Source of the DNA: a bacterium
GTDB lineage: Bacteria; UBA8248
Length of the DNA stretch: 64,000 nucleotides
Direction of reading: 5' to 3'
Assembly (NCBI GenBank): GCA_965213625.1
Contig: CBDBZU010000004.1
Span: forward strand, 1,792,001 to 1,856,000
Below, in pieces: positions 1-10,794 of this stretch (the first letter of the stretch is position 1; each line of letters starts with the position of its first letter). The notes below the pieces were generated by a model that saw nothing but the letters and a program-made list of their open reading frames with translations, was not told where the DNA came from and ran no database searches. Position numbers and translations under genes: made by a program.

Positions 1-1
1 C

Positions 2-715
2 CGGTTCGAGAACGTGTCGTACGCCTATCCGGGCGCACAGGAAGATGCACTGAGCGGAATAAGCGCCTCGATTGAAAAGGATGCGACGACGGCGCTCGTG
101 GGTTCGTCTGGCAGCGGGAAATCGACTTTCGTCGATTTGTTTCTGCGCCTTCACGATCCGGTGCATGGTGACGTTTACGTCGATGACGTGAATTTGAGAA
201 ATGTGTCCGCAAGCCAGTGGCGAAAGCGGATTGGGATAGTAGAACAGGACCCCTATCTATTCAACGACACGGTTTACAACAATATACGATATGGAAACTT
301 GAGCGCGGCTGAAACGCAAGTGCGGCAGGCGGCTGAAATCGCTTATGCGCATGAATTCATCGCCCGAATGCCAGAGGGTTACCGGACGATTATCGGAAAT
401 CGGGGGTTCAAATTATCCGGGGGCCAGAAACAGCGTCTGGCCCTCGCAAGAGCCCTTGTTCGTTCCCCCCGGATACTGGTTCTGGATGAAGCGACGAGTT
501 CACTCGATAGCGGATTCGAGCGTCTCATCCAGGAGGCCGTGTGGAATCTCGGGGGACGAATGACCATTCTGATCGTCACTCATCGTCTTTCCACGATCAA
601 AGATGCGGACAAGATTCTGGTTCTGGAGGGCGGGAGAATCGTCGAGGAAGGAGATCATCTCGCTCTCATGCGGATGGAAGGCAGATACAGGAAATTCGTG
701 GAATTGCAGTCATAA
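2..715 (+). CDS. ABC exporter ATP-binding domain (MsbA-like), 5' part outside window
   Basis: Walker A GSSGSGKS, signature LSGGQKQR, Walker B ILVLDEATS, H-loop; frame open from window start. Confidence 0.9.
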   Translation, partial: RFENVSYAYPGAQEDALSGISASIEKDATTALVGSSGSGKSTFVDLFLRLHDPVHGDVYVDDVNLRNVSASQWRKRIGIVEQDPYLFNDTVYNNIRYGNLSAAETQVRQAAEIAYAHEFIARMPEGYRTIIGNRGFKLSGGQKQRLALARALVRSPRILVLDEATSSLDSGFERLIQEAVWNLGGRMTILIVTHRLSTIKDADKILVLEGGRIVEEGDHLALMRMEGRYRKFVELQS

Positions 716-829
716 AGGGGCCTTACGAATTTCACCGTGAGCACAGGTTCTCGCTGGGTTCTAGGGGTCTGCGCGAGTTTGTGAACAATATGGACTCATC
801 CAAGAGGAAAAAGGTGTATCGGTGAAATT

Positions 830-2755
830 ATGTGCGGAATTTGCGGCATCACCTCGACTGAACTCTCGCCTGCCTCGCTAGAGGAGAGCGTTGCACGGAT
901 GTGTGACGCGATGGTGCATCGCGGCCCCGACGATGTAGGACTTTGGCGATTCGGCGAAACCTGCATCGGGGTGAGGCGTTTGAGTGTTATCGACACGAGT
1001 TCGGCGGCGAAACAACCTATGGTCAGCGAAGACGGTAGAACCTGCGTTGCATTGAACGGGGAAATCTACAATTTCAAACAATTGAGGGAACAATTAGAGG
1101 GCCGCGGCCACGTCTTTAGAGCTCAATCTGATACGGAGGTTCTACTGCGCCTCTACGAGGAAGAGGGGGAAGAATGCACCCGTCTTTTAAGAGGCATGTT
1201 CGCGTTCGTAATCGTGGACACCACTCGACGGGTATTGCTGCTGACCCGTGACCGGCTCGGCGTAAAGCCTTTGTACTATGCGCCTATCACGGGTGGATGG
1301 GCGTTTGCCTCGGAATTGGGGGCGCTGGTGAGAAGCGGTGTGATCCGCCCCGAACTCGATTTGAATTCTCTGGACCTTAGTCTTTCTCTGGGTTTTGTTC
1401 CGGGTGGACGCACGATGTTGAGAGGCGTGAGGGCGTTGCCTCCTGGACACCGGATGTGCATTACGGAGAGGGGATCTTCCATCAAGCGGTGGTGGGAGAT
1501 GCCTGTGGCTGGAACGACGCAATGTGCCGAAAAGGAAATCGTTCCCAGGCTGCGCGACTTGCTGGAGGAAAGCATCGAGCTCCACAAGATAAGCGATGTT
1601 CCCATCGGGGCGTTTTTGAGCGGTGGTCTGGATTCTTCGGCGATTACGGGTTTGATGTCGCGTCAGTCGGACAAACCCGTCAGGACCTATTCGGTCGGCT
1701 TCGATGATGTTCCTGAAGGTTGCGATGAGAGGAAATATGCGAGAACGACTGCGCAATCCTTCTCAACGCGCCACCTGGAGTTCGTATTCAAAGGTTCGAA
1801 AGTAGCGGGAGAACTTCCTGGCATCGTACGGCATATGGACCAACCCAGCTTCGATGGGATCAACACCTATCTCGTATCTCAGGCGGCAAAACAAGATGGC
1901 GTTACCGTCGCCTTGTCCGGCCTTGGGGCGGATGAGTTGTTCGGCGGCTACGACTCATTTCGCCTTATACCCCCTTGGTGGCGATTGTCGGCCATATGGG
2001 GAAAGTTGCCTTTAGCTACGAGAAAAATTCTCGTTGCACCAGCATCGCCGATGCTCCGCCTCAGCCCAGGCATGTCTTTGGAGCGCATCCAAAAGCTCGG
2101 TAGGCTGAAATGGGTGGATTCGCCGATTGGATTGTATGGCCTGGCGCGTCTTTTGTTGTGGCCTGAGGAAAAGAGAGTTTTTTATTCCCCGCAACTTCAG
2201 GTCCATTTTCACGAACGCAATCCGGACAGGGATATTTTCGCCATGCTCGCCTCGTTGCACCGCGTCGGCGAGAGGCCCTGGAGCGTTCTAAGCGAACTCG
2301 AATTGCAGGTGTACCTGGGGTGGAGAACCCTGCGGGATACCGACGTGATGAGCATGGCCCATTCCCTCGAAGTGCGAGTACCGTTCATTGATCATCACGT
2401 CGTGGAATTCGTTTGTGGCCTGCCGCCCGGGTGGGAGAAAAGGTGGGGCCACCCGAAGAAATTACTCGAGGCGTCTCTTCGCGACGTTATCCCCGCTGAT
2501 ATTTCGGCCAGGAGAAAACAGGGGTTTGCACTTCCGATGGCGAAGTGGATGAAAGAAGATTTTCGCGAAATTATCGAGGATGCGCTGAGTGAAGAATCGC
2601 TTCGCAGAAGAGGGATTTTCTCGTCCAAAGAGGTGCGCAGGTTATACGCCCATTTCAGGAAAGGAAAATCTGACCACACCCTTGTTTGGTTTCTGACGGT
2701 TTTGGAGCTTTGGTTTCGGGAGATGTTGGACATGCATCACCCGGAGATAATTTGA
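830..2755 (+). CDS. asnB: Asparagine synthase (glutamine-hydrolysing)-type amidotransferase
   Basis: N-terminal MCGICG (Ntn Cys), HRGPD, NGEIYN, LSGGLDSS, SGLGADELFGGY. Confidence 0.92.
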   Translation: MCGICGITSTELSPASLEESVARMCDAMVHRGPDDVGLWRFGETCIGVRRLSVIDTSSAAKQPMVSEDGRTCVALNGEIYNFKQLREQLEGRGHVFRAQSDTEVLLRLYEEEGEECTRLLRGMFAFVIVDTTRRVLLLTRDRLGVKPLYYAPITGGWAFASELGALVRSGVIRPELDLNSLDLSLSLGFVPGGRTMLRGVRALPPGHRMCITERGSSIKRWWEMPVAGTTQCAEKEIVPRLRDLLEESIELHKISDVPIGAFLSGGLDSSAITGLMSRQSDKPVRTYSVGFDDVPEGCDERKYARTTAQSFSTRHLEFVFKGSKVAGELPGIVRHMDQPSFDGINTYLVSQAAKQDGVTVALSGLGADELFGGYDSFRLIPPWWRLSAIWGKLPLATRKILVAPASPMLRLSPGMSLERIQKLGRLKWVDSPIGLYGLARLLLWPEEKRVFYSPQLQVHFHERNPDRDIFAMLASLHRVGERPWSVLSELELQVYLGWRTLRDTDVMSMAHSLEVRVPFIDHHVVEFVCGLPPGWEKRWGHPKKLLEASLRDVIPADISARRKQGFALPMAKWMKEDFREIIEDALSEESLRRRGIFSSKEVRRLYAHFRKGKSDHTLVWFLTVLELWFREMLDMHHPEII

Positions 2756-2776
2756 TGCAGGCGAGAGGAATTCGGA

Positions 2777-3598
2777 GTGATTAGCGTTTTGATGACGTCT
2801 TACAACGCTCAGGCGTACATCGCCTCCGCCATGGAGAGCATACTCGCTCAAACGGAGTCTGATTTTGAATGCGTCATCATCGACGATGGTTCCACCGACG
2901 ATACGATTCGCGTCGTCAAGCAATTTTACGACCCCAGAATTCGCCTGATAGAAGCGGGTAGGATCGGGCTCGCGAGAGCACTCAACATCGGGGTGCGCGA
3001 GAGCCGAGGTGAATTCATCGCCCGCCACGACGCCGACGATGTGTCTCACCCCAAAAGATTCGAAATTCAAAAAGTGGCAATTCAGCGTTTTCCTGAATAT
3101 TCTGCCGTCGTCTCTCCACTGTTCGCATTTCATGCCGAAGATGTTCCGTGTTGGCCCGAATTCGGATTGGAAAAGGTCGGGCCTTCACTGAATGACGTGA
3201 GAAAGAAACTCATGTTGTTCAATCCGGTCGTACACACGTCATTGTTCGTGAGAAGCGAGGTGATGAAGTATATCCGCGGCTATGACGAGAGCCGCGCCAG
3301 CCAACTCGACTGGGACCTGTACATTCGGTTGTATGAATGCGGGATGAAGCTCGGGTCTTTGCAGATTCCCGTAGCTGCTAAAAGAATCCATGCGAGACAG
3401 TTCTTCGAACGGGGCGCGAGGTTTCGCTATGTGCTCGAAGGAGTGGTGCTGCAAAACAGGGCGATACGCACACTGGGGGGTGGATTTGTGTATCGAGCAC
3501 TGTTGCCGTTTTGGTTTTTATACCGAATGTTGCCGCACAAAGTGCGCATGTGGGTGAAGCAAGGCTATTTTTCAAAAAACCCGAGTGCGCGGGGATAA
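2777..3598 (+). CDS. Glycosyltransferase family 2
   Basis: ISVLMTSYN...IIDDGSTD, ALNIG, RHDADD. Confidence 0.9.
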   Translation: MISVLMTSYNAQAYIASAMESILAQTESDFECVIIDDGSTDDTIRVVKQFYDPRIRLIEAGRIGLARALNIGVRESRGEFIARHDADDVSHPKRFEIQKVAIQRFPEYSAVVSPLFAFHAEDVPCWPEFGLEKVGPSLNDVRKKLMLFNPVVHTSLFVRSEVMKYIRGYDESRASQLDWDLYIRLYECGMKLGSLQIPVAAKRIHARQFFERGARFRYVLEGVVLQNRAIRTLGGGFVYRALLPFWFLYRMLPHKVRMWVKQGYFSKNPSARG

Positions 3599-5024
3599 CG
3601 GTTCTGTGTACTTGAAGCGCGTTGCGTGGAATGTCCGCCCTGATTCAAAAGAGAAGAAATCCTTTCGGTTTACAAATACGGCAATTTATCTTCATGCGAT
3701 TTATTTTCTCGTTCCGTGGGAACGCGTTCCCTACTTTCCGGGTGTGGGACCATATAAAGTCTACATGTTCCTTTTTGTTTTGTTGTGCGCCGCATGGAGA
3801 TTAGAAATTGTTCGATATGGGGCGAGAAAACCGACTGTGGTATTCACCATCGCCGCCTTTTGGTTCTGGGTGATTTTCTGGGCGGGAATCATCCATGGCA
3901 ACATGCAGGGGGACCCCATCAAGGTGATCGTGCCCCTCTACCGGATTCTGGCTGATGCTGTACCATACGCTGACGGCATGCTCGTTTGGTATCTGATTCA
4001 AAACAACCGGTGGGGCATAGCAGAATTCGAGAGCGCCCTCGGGAGTGTATTCTGGATATCATTGGCGATGGGTGTCGAGAGCATTTTGTTCTATTACTTT
4101 CGTATTCCTAATCCATTTTCACTCAATCATGAAGGACAGTTTTTTCTCGGCATGTTCGCCAGGCATCATATCGTCGCCAGTAGACTCGGGTTGATACTGG
4201 CGGGCGCCGCCTTCTATTTCTTCTGGAGACGTGGCGGCTGGTTTTACCTTCTCGTGTCGTTCGCCGGTATTCTCCTGGTGTATTCCACATGGCGCCGGGT
4301 TCCGATTGGCGCGCTGTTCCTGGGCGCGTTCCTATGTATTCTCTTCTTCATGAAGTTCAGAAGAAGTCCAGACGAAAAGGGGAAGATGAAGTCTTATTTC
4401 GTTTACTGTCTCACGGCATCGGTTTTCCTCGCGTGCCTCGGCGTATCGGTGATGGTGGGGACGAGGGTGCGGGGTGAGTTCGTCGAAGCGTCGAATCTAT
4501 CGATGAGCGTGAAAGAACGGCTATTTCAGCACGCGCGGGCGGCTGACGTGTTTTTTGCGCGGCCTTTCCTGGGGGGCGGACCGCGACAGGGATTCTTGTA
4601 TGGATACTCCAAAGATACGCCAGCCACGATTTCTGCGTATTTTTATGGCGACGTCACCCGGTATGAATCGGGTATTCGGGGATGGTCGACTTCGGATTTG
4701 TTTCAGGAAAACCCGAGAAAGAGTGCGCCCGTTTCTCTCCACAGCTTGCCGATGAATTTTATCGTGGATTTGGGAGTGCTGGGGCTCGTTTTAGTGATGG
4801 TCATGCTGGTTAAGGGAGCGATGTATTTTTTCAAAGTCATGCGCTTGCCGCCGAGCGAAGATTCACTCTCCCTCGTGATGCCTTTTGCCGTTATCTTTTC
4901 CACCGTCGCTGCCTTGTTCGTTGCTGTTTCCACAACGGCCCACTTCTATCCTTACTGGCTGTTTGCCATCCTGCTCTGTTTTCTACACAGGCTCTATTGT
5001 AAAGTTCTGGCGAAAGTTGCCTAG
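3585..5024 (+). CDS. O-antigen ligase/polymerase (Wzy_C)-type membrane protein
   Basis: About 11-12 hydrophobic segments, RPFLGGG and late His (LHSLPMNF..DLGVLG); glycan locus context. Confidence 0.65.
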   Translation: MRGDNGSVYLKRVAWNVRPDSKEKKSFRFTNTAIYLHAIYFLVPWERVPYFPGVGPYKVYMFLFVLLCAAWRLEIVRYGARKPTVVFTIAAFWFWVIFWAGIIHGNMQGDPIKVIVPLYRILADAVPYADGMLVWYLIQNNRWGIAEFESALGSVFWISLAMGVESILFYYFRIPNPFSLNHEGQFFLGMFARHHIVASRLGLILAGAAFYFFWRRGGWFYLLVSFAGILLVYSTWRRVPIGALFLGAFLCILFFMKFRRSPDEKGKMKSYFVYCLTASVFLACLGVSVMVGTRVRGEFVEASNLSMSVKERLFQHARAADVFFARPFLGGGPRQGFLYGYSKDTPATISAYFYGDVTRYESGIRGWSTSDLFQENPRKSAPVSLHSLPMNFIVDLGVLGLVLVMVMLVKGAMYFFKVMRLPPSEDSLSLVMPFAVIFSTVAALFVAVSTTAHFYPYWLFAILLCFLHRLYCKVLAKVA

Positions 5025-6472
5025 GGGTTTTCCGATCCCTTGGTTTTCGCCGTCAGGCAAATCGCCGTGATGGCCCAGTAGAGAACGGATATTTTAGGAG
5101 ACGAAAAGATGTTCTCCGCACCTGCCTGAAAACATACGCCGATGCAGGCGGCCCAACCCCATGCTTCGGCTGAGCGTATCGAAAGCCGCCCAGATTTTCT
5201 CAGATGAAGAAATACCTCTATAAGGCCACCGGCTATCAGGCAAAGAAAAAGAAAACCTCCCGGAAAGCCTGTTTCGACGAAGGCTTTGAGATAAGAGGAA
5301 TGGGCCGAAAGCGGTGGCAGACTTTCATCCCCTCCTTTGGAACGTTTCTTCCTCCGGTCGCGAGACTTGCCCACTTGCCTTGAATCGGAATCTTTTACTC
5401 GCCAGGGCGGGGCTTTCAGTCTTTCGTTATTTATGTATTTCCTCTCGCTTTGCTGAAACGCCTGGGGGAAGAGGCCGTTTCCATGGCCCGTCAAAGGGCG
5501 ATCTGCGAGCATTTTCCCGCCGACGCGATAGATATAGATTCTGGGGAGCAGCGATAAGTCCATGAAATCTTTGTCATTGGCGGCAACTGCGCCTATCGAC
5601 AGGATCAAGAGAGCAGCCAGTAAGTTCCAGAGGAGACGGTTACCGAATCGGGAGATGCGGGCGGATATCATGTTCGTGAGGCATGGTTTTGTGAAATACA
5701 AAATCAGCAAATAACAGACGGTGAAGCCCAATACCCCTCCATAGCTACCCGTCGACGCCAATGCGATAAGATGTGCGGCAAGTATTGTGGTTGCCGCCGG
5801 ACGTGAAAACGTGCGGAATAGCAATGGGTAGAGCACCGCACATAGAACCAGGTAGGCGGCGAGAAAATTCGGATGCCCGATCGGACCGGGCCGGGAATCG
5901 AAGAACATCCGGGGAAATGACGAATACAGCAGCTCGGTGCTGAAGCTGTGTTGCGGCCCCCAGATTTTCCAGGTGATTTGATAGGCCAGATTTTGGAGTA
6001 AGACCGCCGCGAGCATGATGATGCCGCCGTAGAGGATGGCTTTCAGTATCCGGTTGCGGGAAATGCCATCTCCGCAAATATTCTGAAAAACGAAGAAGAT
6101 GATGAAATAGGCTATCGTTTCGGCCAGGCCCCAGAATTGCTGTTTGAGAGGAGCGCCACTCAACCATGCCGCAACGAGGCTCCAGGCGATGTAGGTGAGC
6201 CAGATGTAGCAGAAAACCGGTAGGCTGTGCAGCCGGACGTGTTTTCTGTTTTTCAGTACATACCATGCGTAGCCTGTGGCCAATGCCAGGAGCGCCATTT
6301 TGTCGTATGAGATGCTTCTCCCCGTATCGCCAAAGGCGACCTCGATGTTGACGAGTGGATTCAGGAACAAGAATAACGCGCCCCCGGCACCGAGGTTGTA
6401 TAGGCTCGTACAGACGATCGTGGCAGCGCCGATGAACATAGCGCCATATGCCAGGTACGAAGGGTTCATCAC
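5021..6472 (-). CDS. O-antigen ligase family protein
   Basis: GHPNFLAAYL, STGSYGG, PLTGHGNG, AHSSYL...ETGFPG motifs; multi-TM. Confidence 0.8.
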   Translation of the reverse strand: MMNPSYLAYGAMFIGAATIVCTSLYNLGAGGALFLFLNPLVNIEVAFGDTGRSISYDKMALLALATGYAWYVLKNRKHVRLHSLPVFCYIWLTYIAWSLVAAWLSGAPLKQQFWGLAETIAYFIIFFVFQNICGDGISRNRILKAILYGGIIMLAAVLLQNLAYQITWKIWGPQHSFSTELLYSSFPRMFFDSRPGPIGHPNFLAAYLVLCAVLYPLLFRTFSRPAATTILAAHLIALASTGSYGGVLGFTVCYLLILYFTKPCLTNMISARISRFGNRLLWNLLAALLILSIGAVAANDKDFMDLSLLPRIYIYRVGGKMLADRPLTGHGNGLFPQAFQQSERKYINNERLKAPPWRVKDSDSRQVGKSRDRRKKRSKGGDESLPPLSAHSSYLKAFVETGFPGGFLFLCLIAGGLIEVFLHLRKSGRLSIRSAEAWGWAACIGVCFQAGAENIFSSPKISVLYWAITAICLTAKTKGSENP

Positions 6473-6890
6473 GGGCTTATGGCCTCCAGGATGCGGAGAC
6501 TTTCTTGAAAAGGACCGAAAATCTCACACCCTCATGATCGATAAAATGTATATGCCTAAAAAATATTTTTCGTTTTGCTGGTGAGTTGACAATCCTGGTT
6601 TTTCCTCACACCATGCCATTTGGCATACAATTCATGCGCGTAGATCACGGACTGCTCGCAGAATAGAAGGCAATTATCTCCAAGTAGGAATTTGCGTGAA
6701 GCCATGGCGTATTTTCTGTCCGCGCGGTTGATTAAGAATTCCGGTTCAGCTGCGAAACATTAATTTCGTTATATTTTCGTAATATTGCGAAATATAAGCG
6801 AAAACACCTTGGATGTAAAGTAAAAAACGCGACCAATTCGGGTCGAAACGCGTAATTGACGCATCATGTTTCATGCACTCATGAATTGGG

Positions 6891-7574
6891 TTGATTTCTC
6901 TCATGGATGGACGCATTCCTTTGGAATCCATTTCCGGTAGCGGGAAATTTTCTGCACTCAAGAGCGGACGGGTCTTGAGCCGACGTCAGTATCTTTGCAA
7001 ACGCGCGTTTGATTTGGGGTTTAGCATCGTGGTTCTGGCATTGTTCACCCCGGTTGGACTTCTCATCGCCATCCTGATCAAGTTCGTGAGTGAGGGGCCG
7101 ATATTTTATTCCCAGTTTCGTGTCACCCAGGGTGGGCGATTGTTCACACTCTATAAGTTCCGGACCATGCGCGTGGATGCCGACCAGCCGGAGGGAACCA
7201 TGTCCACGAAAGAAAACGACCCGAGGATCTATCCGTTCGGGCGTTTCCTGCGCCGCTGTCATCTCGATGAATTTCCCCAACTCTGGAATGTCATCAAGGG
7301 GGATATGAGCATCGTTGGCCCAAGGGCGGAGTACATCAAGACGCTGGAGATAGCCAAGAAGCACTATCCCGAATTTGAATATCGCGAACTCGTTCCGGCG
7401 GGAATCACGGGATGGGCGCAGATTCGGCAAGGCCACGTCGACCAGATTGAAGACTACAGAATCAAGCTGGAGCACGACATATACTACATTCTGAACTACT
7501 CGTTCTGGATAGATTTGCAAGTGGTATTCCTGACGATGCTCACTCTCTTGCGCATACGACGGCATCGACTCTAG
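6891..7574 (+). CDS. Priming undecaprenyl-phosphate sugar phosphotransferase (Bac_transf)
   Basis: KRAFD, YKFRTM, DPRI..FGRFLR...LDEFPQLWNVIKGDMSIVGPR, PAGITGWAQ; start may be 6903. Confidence 0.92.
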   Translation: MISLMDGRIPLESISGSGKFSALKSGRVLSRRQYLCKRAFDLGFSIVVLALFTPVGLLIAILIKFVSEGPIFYSQFRVTQGGRLFTLYKFRTMRVDADQPEGTMSTKENDPRIYPFGRFLRRCHLDEFPQLWNVIKGDMSIVGPRAEYIKTLEIAKKHYPEFEYRELVPAGITGWAQIRQGHVDQIEDYRIKLEHDIYYILNYSFWIDLQVVFLTMLTLLRIRRHRL

Positions 7575-7617
7575 CCTCACAGCCGTTTGCGAGAGGTTTG
7601 CGCGCATTTGCGAAGTT

Positions 7618-8808
7618 TTATGCTAGTTCCCGTTTATTTTCCCCCGGACTCATTCCAACCTCGCCCATGCGTTCATAGAGTGCCAGTATATTTTCAGTCA
7701 CGATTTCATCGGAAAACTCCTCTTCCACGATCCTCCGCCCTGCCTCGCCCATTCTTCGTCTCAAGTTAGAATCCTGCGCCAGCTTTCCGATGGCGTCGGC
7801 CAATCTCCTGGCGTCACGTGGCGGGACGCTCAGTCCATTCACTCCGTTATTGAGGACTTCCCGGCAACCGGGAATTTCGGTGGCCACCAGGGGGCGGGCG
7901 CATGCCGCCGCCTCCAGCAGGCTTCTCGGGAGCCCCTCCTTATAGTAGGTCGGCAAAACGGCGATGTGGCAGCCTGTCCAAACTTCGCTCATGTTCTCCT
8001 TGTAGCCCCACCATTCGACTTGGCCCAAGCGGTTCCAACCGGAAAGCGTGGATTCGGGGATAGAAGATGGGTTCTTGGGGTCCGGGCTTCCCACCAGCGC
8101 CATGCGAATATTTATGCCCTCTTTATTCAGCAAGGCCGCCGCTTCTACGAATTCATGCACCCCTTTATCCGCGAGCATCCGGGAGGCGAGCACCGCGAGG
8201 GGCGGGCCCGGGGGCTCCGGCGCTGCATGAAAAGAGCAGACGTCGACGCCCGAGCCGCGAATAACGCTCAGGCGCGATTCATCGGGAAGGATATTTTCGA
8301 GGATCACCTCTTTATCGCCGTCGTTTTGCACGATGACGCTGGTGTTTTCCTTCTTGTGAACATACTTGAGCAGAAAAAGAACGATTCTTTTCAACAAAGA
8401 TAGTTTCAGCGAATTTTCGGAAAACAACGAGCCCATTCCCAAGAACGAGTTCACGACGTGTGGTGTTTTGACGAGAAGCGCGGCGAGCGAGCCGTGCAGC
8501 AGGTTTCTCACGCCGAAATGGTGAGCGATTCGGGGTCGGTACTTCCGGTAGGCGCGAACGAGTTTGAGAAAGGTCAGAAATTCCCTCCAAATATTGATCC
8601 CCGCCTTGTTTTCAATTCCCAAATCGATACATTCGAATCCCTCCGTTTGAATCTGTTCCATGTAATTTCCACCGATTCTCACGCATACGAAGACGCGGTA
8701 CCCTGCATTCCTGGCCGCCAGCGCGAGCTCGCGCCTGTGGCTCAAGAAGTACTTAGCCTCCAAATCCAGCAAAAATAGCGTCTTGTTCATCTTATCGCTC
8801 TTGCTCAT
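7618..8808 (-). CDS. Glycosyltransferase family 4 (CapM/WbnH-like)
   Basis: YFLSHR, IRGSGVD, SRMLADKGVHEF, EGLPRSLLEAAA. Confidence 0.9.
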   Translation of the reverse strand: MSKSDKMNKTLFLLDLEAKYFLSHRRELALAARNAGYRVFVCVRIGGNYMEQIQTEGFECIDLGIENKAGINIWREFLTFLKLVRAYRKYRPRIAHHFGVRNLLHGSLAALLVKTPHVVNSFLGMGSLFSENSLKLSLLKRIVLFLLKYVHKKENTSVIVQNDGDKEVILENILPDESRLSVIRGSGVDVCSFHAAPEPPGPPLAVLASRMLADKGVHEFVEAAALLNKEGINIRMALVGSPDPKNPSSIPESTLSGWNRLGQVEWWGYKENMSEVWTGCHIAVLPTYYKEGLPRSLLEAAACARPLVATEIPGCREVLNNGVNGLSVPPRDARRLADAIGKLAQDSNLRRRMGEAGRRIVEEEFSDEIVTENILALYERMGEVGMSPGENKRELA

Positions 8809-10741
8809 CCAGCCAGGATTGAAACATCAACACGCTCCAAAGCCCGAATTGCCAATCCCTTGCACCGGATTCGTGCTGTGTCCACATTCGGCGAATGGTT
8901 TCCGCATGGGAAAATCCCGCTTCCTCGAGTCGCGTTTCTTTCAACAAAACCTCCGCCCAGTCCTTAAGTGGTCCTCTCAGCCATTCGCCGATAGGTGCGG
9001 CGAACCCCATTTTAGGCCTACCTGTCAGCGAAGCGGGAGCGTAGCGGGAGAACAAGCGCCTTAAAATCCACTTCCCTTCGCCACCCCTAAGCTTCAGCCT
9101 TAGCGGCAGACTCCAGACAAACTCCACGACACGGTGATCCAGGTAGGGCGCTCTCACCTCGAGGCTCGCTCCCATGCCCGCCCTGTCCACCTTCATGAGG
9201 ATATCATCGGGCAAATATTCCACCATGTCGCGGTACATCATCCTCTCGGCGGGATGAAGGCCTTGAGGGACTGGTCTTGGAGCATGTGTATTATCCGGTT
9301 CCAAATGCGCATTGAGGCATCCCGAAACATCGCCGTACGCCCTCAGGCGTTGATACATCTCATCGAGACTCGCTGCGCCGAAGATATTCGCCAGCTTTTG
9401 GAGCTTCTCTCCGGCCATCTCTATCCGATATCGTCGGGGCAGCGAGGGAGATATTTTTTCATAATAATGCGCCAGCGTAGAATGCCGCGTCATTAGAGTC
9501 TTTGCGATTCGCGTTTTTATGCGCTCCGGCAACCGGTGAGACCACTTCCAGACCCTAGGGACCAATAAATAACGATTATAGCCGCCGAAAAGCTCATCAC
9601 CCCCATCGCCCGAGAGAGCGACCGTCACGTCGTGTTCCCTTGTGAGGGCGCACAACAGGTGCGTGGGAATCTGGGACGGATCCGCAAACGGCTCGTCATA
9701 TAGCCGGGGAAGGTGCGGAATGATCTCAAGCGCTTCTTTCGGGCCTGCATAGAGCTCGGTGTGCTCGGTTTCGAAGTGACGAGCCACCTCCCGTGCATGA
9801 TGGGCCTCGTCGTAGCCTTTCTCGTGAAAGCCGATGGAAAACGTCCGAACGGGATAGCGATTCTCCGCTTTCATCAAGGCGACTAGAGTCGATGAGTCGA
9901 CTCCGCCGGAAAGAAACGCGCCGAGCGGCGCATCGGAGCGCAGCATCTGGCGCACGGAGCGTATCAGCACCTCTTCTAGTTGATCGAGCGCCTCATCCTC
10001 GGAGAGAACTTCTCTATCTGTTGATGCACGCTTCACGACATCATGTGCGGACCAGAATGTGCTTGTCCCCGGCAGATGTCCGGGTGCGTCCGAAGCGCGT
10101 AGGCTCAAGATGGAGGCGGGCGGCAGTTTGTTGATCCCCCGGTAGATGGAATGTGGAGCGGGTAAGCAGCCCAGTTTCATGTACGCGGCCAGAGCGTCGG
10201 CGGAGATTTCGCCTGCCCAATCAGGATGCGCGCGGAGGGCTTTGAGTTCCGATCCGAAAAGAAAGGATTTTCCGCACCAGCCATAGTAGAGTGGTTTTTC
10301 GCCCATGCGGTCGCGCGCGAGGTGAAGCGTTCTCTCCGTGCGATCCCACAGGGCGAAGGCGAACATCCCGACGAATCGCTCTATAGCTGCTTCCAACCCC
10401 CACGTTTCCACCGCGGCGAGGAGGACCTCGGTGTCCGATCGGCCCTGGAAGCGCACCCCCTCATGCGTCAATTCATCGCGCAGTTCGATGAAATTATAGA
10501 TTTCCCCGTTATAGGAGAGGACGTATCGACCCCCGTGGGAGATCATCGGCTGGCGGCCGTCCGCGCTCAAGTCGATGACGGCGAGCCTCCTGTGCCCCAG
10601 TGCGACGCCCGCCTTCTCATCTACCCAGCTTCCCCCATCGTCCGGCCCCCGGTGGCGCAGGCTTTCCATCATCCTCGAAACGACGCCCCGGGGGTCGACT
10701 GTCTCTCGATGCGTGAAGAGATAACCCGCAACGCCGCACAT
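8792..10741 (-). CDS. asnB: Second asparagine synthase-type amidotransferase
   Basis: MCGVAG, HRGPDD, YNGEIYN, LSGGVDSS, DEPFAD, LSGDGGDELFGGY, KVDRA. Confidence 0.93.
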   Translation of the reverse strand: MCGVAGYLFTHRETVDPRGVVSRMMESLRHRGPDDGGSWVDEKAGVALGHRRLAVIDLSADGRQPMISHGGRYVLSYNGEIYNFIELRDELTHEGVRFQGRSDTEVLLAAVETWGLEAAIERFVGMFAFALWDRTERTLHLARDRMGEKPLYYGWCGKSFLFGSELKALRAHPDWAGEISADALAAYMKLGCLPAPHSIYRGINKLPPASILSLRASDAPGHLPGTSTFWSAHDVVKRASTDREVLSEDEALDQLEEVLIRSVRQMLRSDAPLGAFLSGGVDSSTLVALMKAENRYPVRTFSIGFHEKGYDEAHHAREVARHFETEHTELYAGPKEALEIIPHLPRLYDEPFADPSQIPTHLLCALTREHDVTVALSGDGGDELFGGYNRYLLVPRVWKWSHRLPERIKTRIAKTLMTRHSTLAHYYEKISPSLPRRYRIEMAGEKLQKLANIFGAASLDEMYQRLRAYGDVSGCLNAHLEPDNTHAPRPVPQGLHPAERMMYRDMVEYLPDDILMKVDRAGMGASLEVRAPYLDHRVVEFVWSLPLRLKLRGGEGKWILRRLFSRYAPASLTGRPKMGFAAPIGEWLRGPLKDWAEVLLKETRLEEAGFSHAETIRRMWTQHESGARDWQFGLWSVLMFQSWLDEQER

Positions 10742-10794
10742 GATGTCCGCTCAGATTAAGTGGATGGAACCGGCGCGCGCGCTGGGTTCCATTC

